Assembly (NCBI RefSeq): GCF_964188315.1 | Contig: NC_135668.1 | Location: 23,250,001-23,314,000, forward strand | Source of the DNA: Podarcis muralis | Lineage: Eukaryota | Direction of reading: 5' to 3' | DNA length: 64,000 nt | Part shown: one piece after another, positions 10,015 to 22,224 of the stretch | Layout of the letters: each line of letters begins with the position of its first letter | How positions within the stretch are numbered: position 1 is the first letter of the stretch | Notes under the pieces: generated by a model | Databases searched by the model: none | Told to the model about the DNA's origin: nothing | What the model saw: only the letters and a program-made list of their open reading frames with translations | Program-made: the position numbers and the translations under genes

Positions 10015-13000
10015 CATTTGAAGGCTGGTTGGCATCTGTCTGTCTCAGGAGACAATGGAGGAGTGCACCTTTAGGGGTGAAGTCAAACTGTTGGAAGGCT
10101 TGCTGAGATGGGAGAGACATGCTTTTTGCAGCTGGGGTAGATGAAGGTATCCGGTTGTGTTGCTGCAGATGCACCATTGTATTTCTTCTCTCTGTTCTGC
10201 TCCCAGTGGTCATTCCTCCTCTGGTCACTTCTGTAAATGCACAGCCTGTCTGTCTCGAGGCTTTTTGGTCTTTGTAACACATCATATACATTGAGGATGC
10301 AGGATACATAAAAATAATAGTTATTACCCACATCATATTGTTTCAGCCATCCCGGAAAAGGGGATGGATAATGTGATGTTAAAAATCCTTCTTCCTCTCA
10401 CATCAAGCTTCCTCTCACATGAGAACACCAAATGGTGCCTCAAGGAATAAAAGCATTACTCCCAAAATAGAGATTAGTGTATTTTGAAGAACAATTATTT
10501 CCGCATACAACTCTGCCTCTAAGATGCATCTGCAAGTGGAAAGACCAGGTTTAACAGGGTGATTTAAAATCCAAAAGGAAACTACAAAGGGAAGCCCAAC
10601 TTTATTCAAAAAATCTAACATATAAACTTTCCTTTTTAATAATGTTCAAGGGATCACTAATTTCATGTTACTGCTTGCAGCTTCAGGAGGCTCTTAAATT
10701 AATCACATGGTTTAGCAACAGCTGCAGCCACACTAAGAATATACATTTACAATTTCTTAAGTCAGCCTGTGGTCTTTCTTGAAATAGAGGCAAGTTCATT
10801 TCAAAACCAAGAAGAAAGTATATATTTAGGTTAACCAAACAGCAGATTATTTTTAACATCACTGTTCCATAGATTTCAATATCTGGGCATCCTCTTACCA
10901 CAAAGGTCTTAGAAAGTCACTTAAATTGTAGCTCTGTTCTTCCATTAGGTACATCTGAAGATGACCAAAATTTGATATAGTTGGATATACTAATTACTAG
11001 TTGAGTTTCAGGCTCACAAAGCTAGCATTATTTGTCACTATTTTGGGAAGAGCAGGGTTTTTCTCTTGGTTGCTCAACAACCTCCTGCCAGCAAAACAAG
11101 TATATTGTCAGGCTCCTATCCCAGAATGCAATAACAGTGGCACTTACTTTGGAGTAAGAAACAGATCTTTGTTCAGGCACAGTATGAAGCGCAGGTCCAG
11201 GAGTGGTGAGGGTACATGAGGAAGACGAGTGATCCACAATGAGTTCCTCACACCTCTTCCTCCAAGCTTGTAAAGGGTGAGTCTGCTACATACGCACCTG
11301 CGAACACCTCCTATGCAGGTGCAACTGATCCCACCTACAACAGTGACACTTTGTTCATGGTGACAACACTGTGTCCTGTCCCTCTGCCTTCGGCTCCTCT
11401 TGTTCAGCATCTCCCCGCTCCCTAACGAATCTCTGCACACCTCAGGAGTGGGGCAGTGGGGAGAGCCAGTAGCTCTGCTTCCCCATCTGTGACACCTGTA
11501 GTTACAAAGGGCAGGTTCCCATCCTTCATCTTCTGGTGCCTGTTATCCTGCCCTCCATCAGCTCTATCTCCATCGTCTTCCTCTTCTGTTTGGGACTGCC
11601 GTGGCATGCCTGATCTTGATGGGACCGAGGGATTCATGGCATATACTGCTATGTGACTTTAACATAGTGCTACATTGGACCCAATATCATACCAGGCTTC
11701 AACTTAAGGACCAGAAATATCATTATGTCCACATGGTGCCCTATGTATTCAGGCATCATTTCCTGCCCTTATCATTAGTCTTTCCTGGTGTTGCCAGGCA
11801 CCAAGCCCAGTGAGGACCTCTAAGGCAAGGGAGTGCAGCCAAGCAGCTGGAACTCTCCCGGCTCATGTGGCAGGAAATTGCCAGCCACCACTGCCTGTCA
11901 GAAGCAGCCAGTGCTTATTTCTTCAAGCATCTTGTAGGTATCAATACCTGTTAAAGGAATACCTTCAGCTATTAGGTAGCTCAGAGACAGTCCATCTTCT
12001 GTATTCTCAGGGGCTGTAATATCCTTACAGTGGTTCAGAAGCCAGAAGTGTACTTTGCAGCACAAAATGAACTGCTAGGCATCTATGCTTACTGAAGTCT
12101 TCTAGGTCCACTGGGCATCCCCTTCTAGATTGCTCTGCGAGTGTCGGCATTGCCCAATAGCAAGTAATCAAGTTACAGAAAAGTCAGACATCTCATTACA
12201 ACACATACTCTAGGATTTATGCAACACAAATTTGTGCTTTGAATTTAGCTCCCTTTGTTGGTGGAGAAGAGAATAATTCGAAACGTACAGAAGATGCTTA
12301 AGATTTGCAAATATTTCTTGTTCCTCCAATTTTTGAATGAGGTATCTGTGCAATCAAGGAATGGGAAATACAGTTCTGGACTTAATTACGTATCTGTAAA
12401 AGAGATGAACTGTCTAGCTGGAATGTACAGTCTGGAGATAACCATATAAACTAGTTTCCTGCGGTGTTTTTGAGCTTCCTAACTTAAGATTGTGCCATTC
12501 TGTACTCACTCATATTTCTATTCTCTTATATTGCACATGAATAACTCAAGGAAATTGCTTTTCCATTCTATTTCCTGAAGTCCAAAATGCACCATTATTT
12601 CGTTTTGCTTTCTGACAGCACTGTTCTCAGTATTTTTGACCTGCATAAACCACAGTCTTTCAACTTATCTCAATGACTCTAAAATTATATTTTGACCTCA
12701 GTGTTCCCTTTGATTATAGTGCCCAACCATCCATTTCCCTCAGAACCATCTATCTTTTTTTCCTTCAGCTGCCTTTTCAATGCCTCGTGTTTTGTTTGGT
12801 TTTAAACCCATATATTAATTTTCTTTTTAGCCCTTGGAGAGCTTGTTAAAAAATATTGTTCTTCTTAAGAAGAGCTGCCTGTGGATATGCAAGTTATCAG
12901 ATGAGTCAAATTTAAGGAACATGTGCTTAGCATTTGTGTACATAAGAGAGCTGGTTTGGTTTACTATGTCGGGGCTGGCAGACGTGGAGTCAAATCCTAG

Positions 13001-13258
13001 CTCTGGATTCACAAGGAAAGGCACAATTTAAACCATGGGCAGACACTCTATTGAAAAAGGTATCACAGATTGCACAGGCAGAGGAGTTTGTAGAAACTCT
13101 GAACACAGGATGTGGGCCTGTGAGGCTGCAACAAATTCAGGCTCTAGTGCTACACTAATGCCTGACAAAAAGCACTCCCCCACCAAGGCTATTGGGGTGG
13201 GTGCAGATTTATTATACCTCACATCAAAGTAACGCTTTCTCTTTGACTTAATTTGTGG

Positions 13259-13855
13259 CAGAGATGGATTTAGGGTAGGGTGGGTGGTTCCCCTGCGCAG
13301 GGCACCAGGCTGGGAGGGGGTGCAAAATAACCGTTGCCACCACCTATATTTATATGGGTACCTACTGAGAAGATCCACAATAAAACAACCGTAAAGGTAA
13401 AGGGACCCCTGACCATTAGGTCCAGTCGTGACCGACTCTGGGGTTGCGGCGCTCATCTCGCTTTATTGGCCAAGGGAGCCGGCGTACAGCTTCCGGGTCA
13501 TGTGGCCAGCATGACTAAGACGCTTCTGGAGAACCAGAGCAGCGCACAGAAACGCCGTTTACCTTCCCGCCGGAGCAGTACCTATTTATCTACTTGCACT
13601 TTGAAGTGCTTTCGAACTGCTAGGTTGTCAGGAGCAGGGACCGAGCAACGGGAGCTCACCCCGTCGCGGGGATTCGAACCACCGACCTTCTGATCGGCAA
13701 GTCCTAGGCTCTGTGGTTTAACCCACAGCGCCACCCGCGTCCCTAAAACAACTGTACCAAAAGGAATTATTGTGAAAATAAAAATATGCTTTGTGAGGAG
13801 GAGGAGTCCAATTTTGTCCTCGCTCAGGGCGCCATATTACCAAATTCCATCCCTG
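13259..13855. mobile_element. hAT-type MITE interrupted by a Sauria SINE
   Basis: Termini cagagatggatttagg / ccaaattccatccctg; flanks share tttgtgg (7-8 bp TSD). Confidence 0.7.
13390..13743 (-). mobile_element. Sauria SINE, full length
   Basis: Minus strand starts gggacgcgggtggcgctgtgggttaaacc, has B-box ggttcgaatcc and ends in an (ACCTTT)n tail; TSD taaaacaac at 13381-13389 and 13744-13752. Confidence 0.93.
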
Positions 13856-14134
13856 TTTGTGGCACGGTTGCCGAAAAGACTGGACCCCACTGTTTGTTTC
13901 TTTATTATTTAATCCTTCGTTAAAAATCTGAAACAGCGTCCGTAGTCTGGTGTCTTAGAACTTTGAATTAGTTTCTAGTTACTAGTGAGTTGTGAGCCAA
14001 ACCTGGGTTACAGTCTCCCCTAAAGTGCATTGCCCCAGGGCTACAGCTGCCATTTTCATTTTATTTTAAAGACAAGGAGAAAGAGAGGTGAAGTAAAGTA
14101 AGCAAATTAATTCTTGTCAGGCAGAAGTTAGGTT

Positions 14135-14330
14135 GGGGAAGGCCCATAGCTCAGCAGTACAGCATCCGCTTTCCATGCATAAGGTCCCAGGTTCAATCCC
14201 TGGCATCTCCAGGTAGGGCTGGAGTGTTCTTGCATGAAATCCTGGAGTGCTACTGTCAGCAGTGTGGACAGTACAGAGCTAGGTGGATCAATGGTCCGAC
14301 CTGCTATAAGGCAGCTTCCTGTGTTTCTGT
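14135..14330 (+). mobile_element. tRNA(Ala)-like-head SINE
   Basis: Head ggggaaggcccatagctcag..ggttcaatccctggcatctcca resembles tRNA-Ala(TGC) with A and B boxes, followed by a non-tRNA body ending aaggcagcttcctgtg; further copies at 26325 and 60330. Confidence 0.8.
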
Positions 14331-14574
14331 AAGGCCGTTGTAAAAACTACTGAGATATGTGCATGAAGCTATTTGCTTGAAAAATAGTATGCAAGTTATT
14401 TAAGTACTGTTAATAGAATTAAATTCTTTGTACTTGTGGCAAGTAGTTTAGTATGTTAGTTCATGGTCATTAGATTATTTGCCGAATAAATCGCAGGGAA
14501 ACATTTTTGCCTGAGTTAACTTCTTTCCATGGAATGATATTCTGAGCTTGTTGTATGTTACTGCCTTTGTTCAG

Positions 14575-14658
14575 GTGTACAACATGTTTCAACACCAGAG
14601 CCTTGGAGTTAAAGTCAATATTCGAGTGACTAAGCTTGTCCTTCTTCAAAGCCGTCCT
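14575..14658 (+). CDS. ADAMTS17: ADAMTS17 coding exon (probable exon 5)
   Basis: Acceptor ctttgttcAG, donor GTaagt at 14659; 84 nt, phase 0/0. Encodes [28 protein letters not shown]. Not in the ORF track because it is short. Confidence 0.97.
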
Positions 14659-15570
14659 GTAAGTTGGTGACAACCTGCTATGGTGGTGTTTTTATTTTGC
14701 TCAAAACAACTGTCTGAAATTGTGACTTTGATAACCATTAAATGATAGATGGGTTTAATAAAACAGCATTGAACAGATTGCAGAGTTCCACAACCCATGT
14801 GCTGTAGCCATCTTTGGTGAGGTTTTTTTCACTGAAGTGAGGAAGTGGCAATTTACCTGAAATTGACCTGGATCCACTGGTGGGCTGCAGTTACAGTAAT
14901 TTCTGCCCCAAGTCTGGAAGCCCATTGCTAGATTTGCCTTCCTATCATCCTTAAGATTGACTGCTTTTGATTATATGTATATATGCTCCTAGGCAGAGCA
15001 GGGTTAGAGCAGAGCCTGAAGAAATCTAGTTGAGTAGGGAGAGATTGTGGAGAAATCTGCCAGGGCACAGGCACTGCCAGGGCATAGGCACAACCATGGC
15101 AGAATCTGGAAACCAGGGACCAAAACTAAGCTAGACCCTGGTAGAGTATTGGCAGAACTGTAGAGAATCTACAGTTTCCCCAGAAATGATTTTACAGATC
15201 CCATTGCTGGTTACTAGATAGAACATGATTTTATTGCTTGGGCTGCTAAAATACTGTTTGGCAATCTTCATCCCACTGCTCCCTGTAGTACTAGTGCAAA
15301 GTGAAAATGCACCCCCTCTGCTATTGCAGCAGGATTTCTTTCCCATGCAATGTGGTCCTCTCGTCTAGGCAGCTGCCTCTGTGAAAGCTAGCCCTGGCAG
15401 AGTTATTCCTCTGGTCCATATTAGTTGCCCACATTTTGTCCATATTAGTTTGTCATGAAAGATTCTTGGTTCATGTTCTACTGATGGCCTACTCATTGCT
15501 TGCAGATTTGCCACCTGGGTTGATCCCCTCCCTGCTTTGTGTCTCTTCAATTCCTCTTTGTTTCCTGAAG

Positions 15571-15728
15571 GCCAAGCTGTCCATTGGGCATCATGGGGAG
15601 AGGTCCCTGGAGAGTTTTTGCCATTGGCAAAATGAAGAATTTGGTGGCGCAAAGTACCTTGGAAATAATCAGGTGCCGGGAGCACGAGATGACACCCCTC
15701 CAGTGGATGCTGCTGTCTTTGTCACCAG
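15571..15728 (+). CDS. ADAMTS17: ADAMTS17 coding exon (probable exon 6)
   Basis: Acceptor ctttgtttcctgaAG, donor GTagtg at 15729; 158 nt, phase 0 to 2. Encodes AKLSIGHHGERSLESFCHWQNEEFGGAKYLGNNQVPGARDDTPPVDAAVFVT(R). Confidence 0.97.
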
Positions 15729-16501
15729 GTAGTGATTTTAATTCAGATTGATTGATCCCCTCCAAGACTGGCATTTTTTTATTTCAGGTGCATCCTGCAA
15801 CATGTTCTTGACACAATAATAGTTGTATTACTGATGGTGGATTTGTTCTGCTTTAGTTTGTTTTGTGATGCTTCCTCAATGCTACCACATTATTTCTGCC
15901 TGGAGGGGCTATAGGAAATCAAAAGCATGACAAAAATACAACAGAACATTTCTGGTATGAAAAGTTACTGGATTTCAGCAGGACATTGCAGGAAATGCAC
16001 TGATTGGAAATAAAGCAGTATGATTGCCCCCAAACATTGATGGGCATAAGTAGTATTAAAAGCAGGATCACATGTGACTGTCCTAGTATAATCATGAGCA
16101 CAGATAATCATGAATGAACAATAAAAAGGAATGTCTGGAGGAACCCACTGATGACTCCCACTGGCTCTGGGTTCTGAGAGGCTCTTGGGCAAGATGCTGT
16201 CATTTGTCATATGGAGAGATGGAAAGAGATTCTTAAAGCAGTGCCTACCCTATCCCAGAGTGCTGTTTACAAGAGACATCCCTTTACTCTTTGCTCTTCA
16301 CTGGGGACTTGGGCAGGGTCTTTCATTCTGTGTTGTGTCCAAAGAAGCTGAACTCCTCCTTGCTTCTTCTGTCCTGCCCTAGTGGAAAGTGGAACTGGCA
16401 GAACTATTGGCACAATGGGCTTCTTTCTAATCACTTATCCTTATTAAATGCCCAACACTGTTATCAAGCATTGGCCATTATCAGTAGCAAAACCACATAA
16501 A

Positions 16502-16862
16502 AGGTAAAGGTAAAGGTACCCCTGCCCGTATGGGCCAGTCTTGCCAGACTCTAGGGTTGTGCGCTCATCTCACTCTATAGGCCGGGAGCCAGTGCTGTCC
16601 GCAGACACTTCCGGGTCACGTGGCCAGCATGACATCGCTGCTCTGGCAGGCCAGCGCAGCACACGGAACACCGTTTACCTTCCCGCTAGTAAGCGGTCCC
16701 TATTTATCTACTTGCACCCGAAGGTGCTTTCGAACTGCTAGGTTGGCAGGCGCTGGGACCGAACGACAGGAGCGCACCCCGCCGCAGGGATTCGAACCGC
16801 CGACCTTTCGATCGGCAAGTCCTAGGTGCTGGGGCTTTAACCCACAGCGCCACCTGCGTCCC
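16502..16862 (-). mobile_element. Sauria SINE, full length, distinct subfamily
   Basis: Same head and tail architecture as 13390 with diagnostic internal differences; 16-bp TSD agcaaaaccacataaa (16486-16501, 16863-16878). Confidence 0.93.
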
Positions 16863-17043
16863 AGCAAAACCACATAAACAGTCTTAAATATGGGCCATGC
16901 TGCCTATTGTGGCTGTCCTCTGGAGAGCCCCTCCCTGTTTCAAACTTAGGGCTTTTCTCATCACCAGACACACACTGATGTTTGCTTATTTATACTCCTG
17001 CCACCACTGGGGTCTGCTGACCCTGACTTTACAACTTTCTTCT

Positions 17044-17185
17044 CTGCTTTTCTTCCTCCATCCTTGTTACACATCTGTATTCTCTCCCCTCTTAATTCAC
17101 CAGAGGTGGTGCTGCTTTCCTCCATCCCCTCTTACACATCTGTATTCTCTCCCGTCTCAATTCACCAGAGATGCTGCTGCTTTCC
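17044..17185 (+). repeat. Two-copy tandem duplication of about 64 bp
   Basis: ttcctccatcc..ttacacatctgtattctctccc..aattcaccagag..tgctgcttt occurs twice head to tail. Confidence 0.85.
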
Positions 17186-18286
17186 CTTACTCCTAATGCA
17201 GTCAGTATCTTTCATCTCTTTCCCTTGTTTCTTCTGGTTCAGTACCTGGCTCTATGCTTGTTCATTCTCAATTTCACACTCACTCACACATTCCTTCTCC
17301 TTGCCTGCCCTCCTTTCTAGCCCAGCCACGCTCTCTCTCTCTCTTCTCCTTCTCTTGCGCTGGATTCCATTCATCTGCAGTCTCTTCGCTGCACCTCCTC
17401 CTTTCACTCCCACTTCCTTTCCCCATCTCTTTCTCAGTGGCTGGGACCTGCATGCAGTGCATCTCTCACCCCACTGTTATTCTCTGCCAGGTTGAATAGT
17501 GCTGCATCCTTAGCTTGGTCACCCTGCTTCATCCTTCCTAGGTTATGTTCTGGTCAGACTGCCAACACCTTAGCATGCTGGAGAGCTTACCTTGCTTTAG
17601 ATTCACAGAAAACCTAGTTGAGTTACTGAGTTTAAACAAATACTATGTTTGCAAATGGTTCATATGTATATTTGGTAAACCCTTTTATGTGAAAGGTTCA
17701 CAATATTTCCAAAGACATGTGCCAGCCAGATGGTGAGATGGGGAGAGCCATAATTCCCACCCCCCCTGTGTTGCATTTCCCCCTCCTTCATAATCCCTTG
17801 GCGTCAACATAGTTATTCATTTTTAAGATTCAGGGTGATTTGCAAACCAAATACAATTAAAATAGAAGAACAGTTTTAAATGGTCAATAGAGCCTCATGA
17901 AACTCAGTTAAAATCTTATCACAGAATTAACAGCCGAGCTTAAAGTCCCTACAGGATGGGAGAGGTCTTAACCAACTTCAAAAATATCAAATGGGGCTGG
18001 TCTAATGCACGTGCTTCAGCAGGGGGATCCTCAGTGAGGTTGCCACTGCTGAAAAGTCTTGGCTTATTACAGTCTAATTTCAGAATCCCAAGGCACATGG
18101 ATTAGGGCCCCTGTGATTATTGCATATAGACCTCTTTGGGTAGCATTGCTGGAGAAGCAGAGTATAGAAATTGGGGGGGGGGAGTGAAAGCGGGTGATAC
18201 CTTAGATTCCCAGATTTACCTGTGCTTTAAATTAATTAGCACCCTTGCTTCAAAATGTAACATTACATTTACATTACATAATGTAA

Positions 18287-18349
18287 TGTGCTCTGGTCCA
18301 TGGGGTCACAAAGAGTCGGACACGACTAAACAACTAAACAACAACAACA
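18287..18349 (+). mobile_element. BovB (RTE) LINE extreme 3' end
   Basis: gtccatggggtcacaaagagtcggacacgactaaacaactaaacaacaacaac matches the recalled BovB 3' terminus with (CAA)n tail; 11-bp TSD acataatgtaa at 18276-18286 and 18350-18360. Confidence 0.85.
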
Positions 18350-19294
18350 ACATAATGTAAATTAATTAACACTCTTGCTTCAAAATGAGGTTAAGTGCTA
18401 ACCTCTTGATCTTCTTTGAACCCTGTAGCTGAGATGTGATTGGATTCTCTGATTTCTCTCCCCACTTCGATGTAAGCTTTAACACACACTCAAGCACACT
18501 ATATTGTTGAGAGGGGCAGCAAAGGTCCAATATTTTACCTATTCTCCTTCCTTACCCACTGGGTTGATTTACCAAATGGAATGCCACATGTACTTAAGCG
18601 TTTGGAGCAGCTAGTCACTCAGGGAAAACTTGGGACACCCTCCAAATTATATGGATTTGGAGACGTTTACAGAAGTAATAATAGATGGGGCGCTCCAGCT
18701 GCCACTGGTTTGGATAATGGACTCAAAGATTAGCTCATTTTGTGAGAGAATTGGGCACCATACCAGTGCAGGGCTTCAGCAAAACCACATCCACCCTGCA
18801 AAATAAGCCAGCGCTGTGTTGCCACAACCTTTCCCTTCCTGTATATCCTTTTGCTTTTGTTTTTTTGTCCTGTTTGAACTTTCCCCTGCATAGGAAAGGA
18901 CAGTGTGTCAGCTGGAAGATTTCTTGGCTCAACTCTTTTTGGTTTCTGTGGCACAAAAGTTAGCATTTTCAGCTAGGTGCTGCAAGCTTCTTCATTAAAC
19001 GTTGGCTTTCAAAATGCATGTACATGTCCCTGGATGCTCCCCAGTGTGTCCAGTTTGGAAGGGCTAAGCCAGGGAAAAGCAGGAGCTGGTTTTTCAACAG
19101 CTGCAGCTGCTACAGTTAGCATAAGAACTAAGCTCTTAAGGGCCAGCCTCTAAAAAGGAACTTTTTTCTGGATTTTGTAGGGCAGGCTATGTTTGTTTTG
19201 GGCAATGGAGGAGCCAAACGCAGCTTATAACTGGGAAGTTGTATTTTAAATTTCTATTTATGTGATTGCACCCCACCTTGATAGCATGCTGTAA

Positions 19295-19560
19295 CATAAG
19301 AAAAGCCAAGACAATCTACTCCAGCATCCTGTTCTCATGAATGCCTCTGGGAAGTCCAAAAATGGAATTCTCCCCAACTGTGATTCCAACCAGCTGGTCT
19401 TCAGAAGTATACTGCCTCTAACAGTGGAGGTACAACACAGTTGTCACTAGTAGCCACTGATAGCTTTATCTTCCATGATTTTGTCTAATCCTCCTTTAAA
19501 GCCGTTGGTGGCCATCACTGCCTCTTGTACGAGGGAGTTCCATAGTTTAACTATGCATTT
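19295..19560 (-). mobile_element. Old CR1 LINE 3' fragment
   Basis: Reverse complement of the family at 41590 (ggctttaaaggaggattagacaaaatcatggaagataaagctatcagtggctactag). Confidence 0.65.
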
Positions 19561-19919
19561 TGTTTAGATGAAGGGCAGTATTAATAATAATAATTTCACC
19601 TTTGCCCTTTGCTTTCTGCAAGCTTTCCTGAAGCTAGAGGGTGGGGGCACAATTAAAATGATTTTCTGATACATTATTTTCCTTATGACAAGATGTAGCA
19701 TGCTTGAGGAGAAGGACCAAGGAAAAGTTTTCATAGGACTGTGCAGAAACTACCCTGAGATATTTCCCTAATCTTATCAGAAATTCTTCTTTTGCTGCCC
19801 TTGAAGTTCCACAGATGTTTCTCTTCTGCAATAATTAAATTCACCTCGAAATGTCAGTTCTGGTGAGATTTGCCAGTAATTCTCTGCTAATTGCTGAAAA
19901 AGAACCTTTATTTGATGTG

Positions 19920-19971
19920 CTCCTTCCTTCCTTCCTTCCTTCCTTCCTTCCTTCCTTCCTTCCTTCCTTCC
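19920..19971 (+). repeat. (TTCC)n microsatellite
   Basis: Directly visible. Confidence 0.95.
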
Positions 19972-22180
19972 TTTCTGCCACACCACTCTACACTGAGCTC
20001 CCTGTATCTTATCTCTCTCCCTCTGCACTGGCTGCTACTGGATCTGATGCAGTAGGCAGCTTCCTTAAAAATTGTGTCCTTCACTTGTTGTCTGAAGTGG
20101 TACAGGCCTCTTTACCGCCACATTCAGCTGTGTGCATATATATGGCCTCAGAGCTATTCCATCACAGAATGTGGCTAGTGGTGGACTGACAGTCAAATCT
20201 TTGTTGTTATGAGCAATGGCCAACAGATAGGCCAGGGATTTTGCCTCTGAATCAAGTTAAGATTGTAGATGTGGAAATGCATTTTTGTAATGCTCTCACA
20301 CTCTTGCACATACAGACACAAAACACCCGTCTATAAAAAGCTAGGACATTAGGGAGAAAGGTTTGGCATAGTTTTGTAGGTTACTAGTGGAGATTAGTGT
20401 AGACACAGCTCATAATTCTACCACCTCAGTCAACCTCCCCATTCTGCATAATGTAAATACGCAGCTAGCTGCCTACATTTTCTTTCTCTGTTCCCCTTCC
20501 TGCTGCCACGTTAAGAGCTCCCCAGTGGACCGTTTGGTGTTGAGGGATAAGATGATTTTGCAGTCCTGTCAATCGCAGGTGGCTAATTTTGCTGCACTGT
20601 TTTCTAGTGTGGAGCAGTGGGAGCATCCAGGGAATCGCCTGGAACCACCAGCTCCCATTGTCATAATTTTGGTACCAGAGTGCAAGAGGGAGAAATGTCG
20701 TGTTTTTATTTGCTAAGCTAGCAAGCCCCTTAGGGGAAGAGGCTTTTCCAGCCGTGGCCTCCCGCCACTTACTCAAAGTTCACAATAAAAGCATCTGTTT
20801 GATTTACCAGTTTATATAACATAATAAATCCTTAAATAAACTTCTGTCGAGCTGGCTCTGGGAACTCCTGTGAGGGTGCTTGCGCCAGCTGGGTCAAGAG
20901 CAGAATGTCATCAGCCGCCTTGTGGAAAGGCTTGTATTTCAAGCATTTAGATGCAGTAGAGCAGCCCTGGATTCCTTTGGTTCACTGGTAGCAGCTTAAG
21001 AGTTTCTTTTGCTTCAGCCTGAATTAAATCCTTTTTGATGACTCTCCTGAAAGAGAAGCCTGGAGATGGCTTTGGGAGGAAAGAAAAATGAAAGCAATGG
21101 ATTGACAGTGTGCATTTAATAAATTTTAGTTATGATGCATTGAATCGCCAAGGGTAAAGATGGGTAGAGCATGGTTAGTGCACTAGGACTGGATCTGGAA
21201 ACATTTTAACTGTATGGTCAAGATTGGGGTGGAGGGGTTGATTCTGCAAGTTTGCAGCAAAAGCTGGCTTTGGATAGTGCCAGCTGGATGTCACACCAAT
21301 ATGCCTCTGGTCTCGATCCCTGGAGCAACTGTTTTTAAAAACCCAGCCAGATGGGTGGGGTAAAATATTAATAATAAAGCTTTATAAACATATTAGTAGT
21401 TTATTCCATTTTATGAAACAAACAGCATACAATAGTTAAAGGAAAAGTACAAAAACTTTAGAACATTACATTCATAGTTTGAAATTCTCAAACACTCTCA
21501 AATATTTTGGTTTTGTTAAAAATTAATTGGAACAAAGTAACGAGGTGGGTAAGTCCACCTAAAGCCAGAGGACTCTTTTTTTTTTTTTTTTTTTTGGTAT
21601 TGAGGGCCGCATTCCCACTTGGTCAGCCCTCTAAGGGGCCTCATGCCAGCGATGGGCACAAGCAAGGCGGAAGTGGGCAAGGCTATCTACTTGCCCATGC
21701 TCAAATACAGCACACACATCCCGCGCATTTTCTTGTACACTCAAGCGCACGCACACACCAAACTTGGACAACATTTAATGGGGATTAAACAGACTGACAG
21801 AGGATCAGTTCTAGCAGGGCTCTTTTGATGTCTATATACACTCATGCACCTGCACACTAACTCTCTCCTGCCCCAGCAATTAGGTCATGGAGGAGAGCAT
21901 TTCAGACCAAATTGCTGTGGGGAGGGTGACCTCGGAGACTGCAGCTGCCGAGAATGCCCCTGAAAATGCCACCCACACCCGGGTACCACAATTAAATTTA
22001 GAAAGGTTTTCTATTTGCTCCGATAGAGCAGTTTTTCCAAGCCTAATCACGTTGTGTTTAGTGCATATATAAATGTTCAAGACTGGATTCAATGGTTTTA
22101 TTATATGTATATGCTTATTTTAATGAATATGTTGTGCATCATAGCCTTTCGTGTTTTTAATTACTATTTATTATTTTTAG

Positions 22181-22224
22181 GACAGATTTTTGTGTCCACA
22201 AGGATATGCCCTGTGACACTGTGG
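22181..22224 (+). CDS. ADAMTS17: ADAMTS17 coding exon (probable exon 7)
   Basis: Acceptor ttatttttAG, donor GTaagt at 22225; 44 nt, phase 2 to 1. Encodes (R)TDFCVHKDMPCDTV(G) and joins its neighbours in frame. Confidence 0.95.

Noticed and set aside
9740-10336. 198-aa minus-strand ORF, the longest outside the Gypsy element
   Set aside because: It runs across the boundary of a TSD-flanked hAT element into unrelated flank, has no recognisable domain and shows no splice context; best explained as a chance ORF.
14135-14210. tRNA gene calls for the tRNA-like heads (also 26460-26533, 50575-50640, 60450-60520 and the Sauria heads)
   Set aside because: The stems are degenerate, there is no proper acceptor stem or terminator, and each continues into a repeated SINE body.
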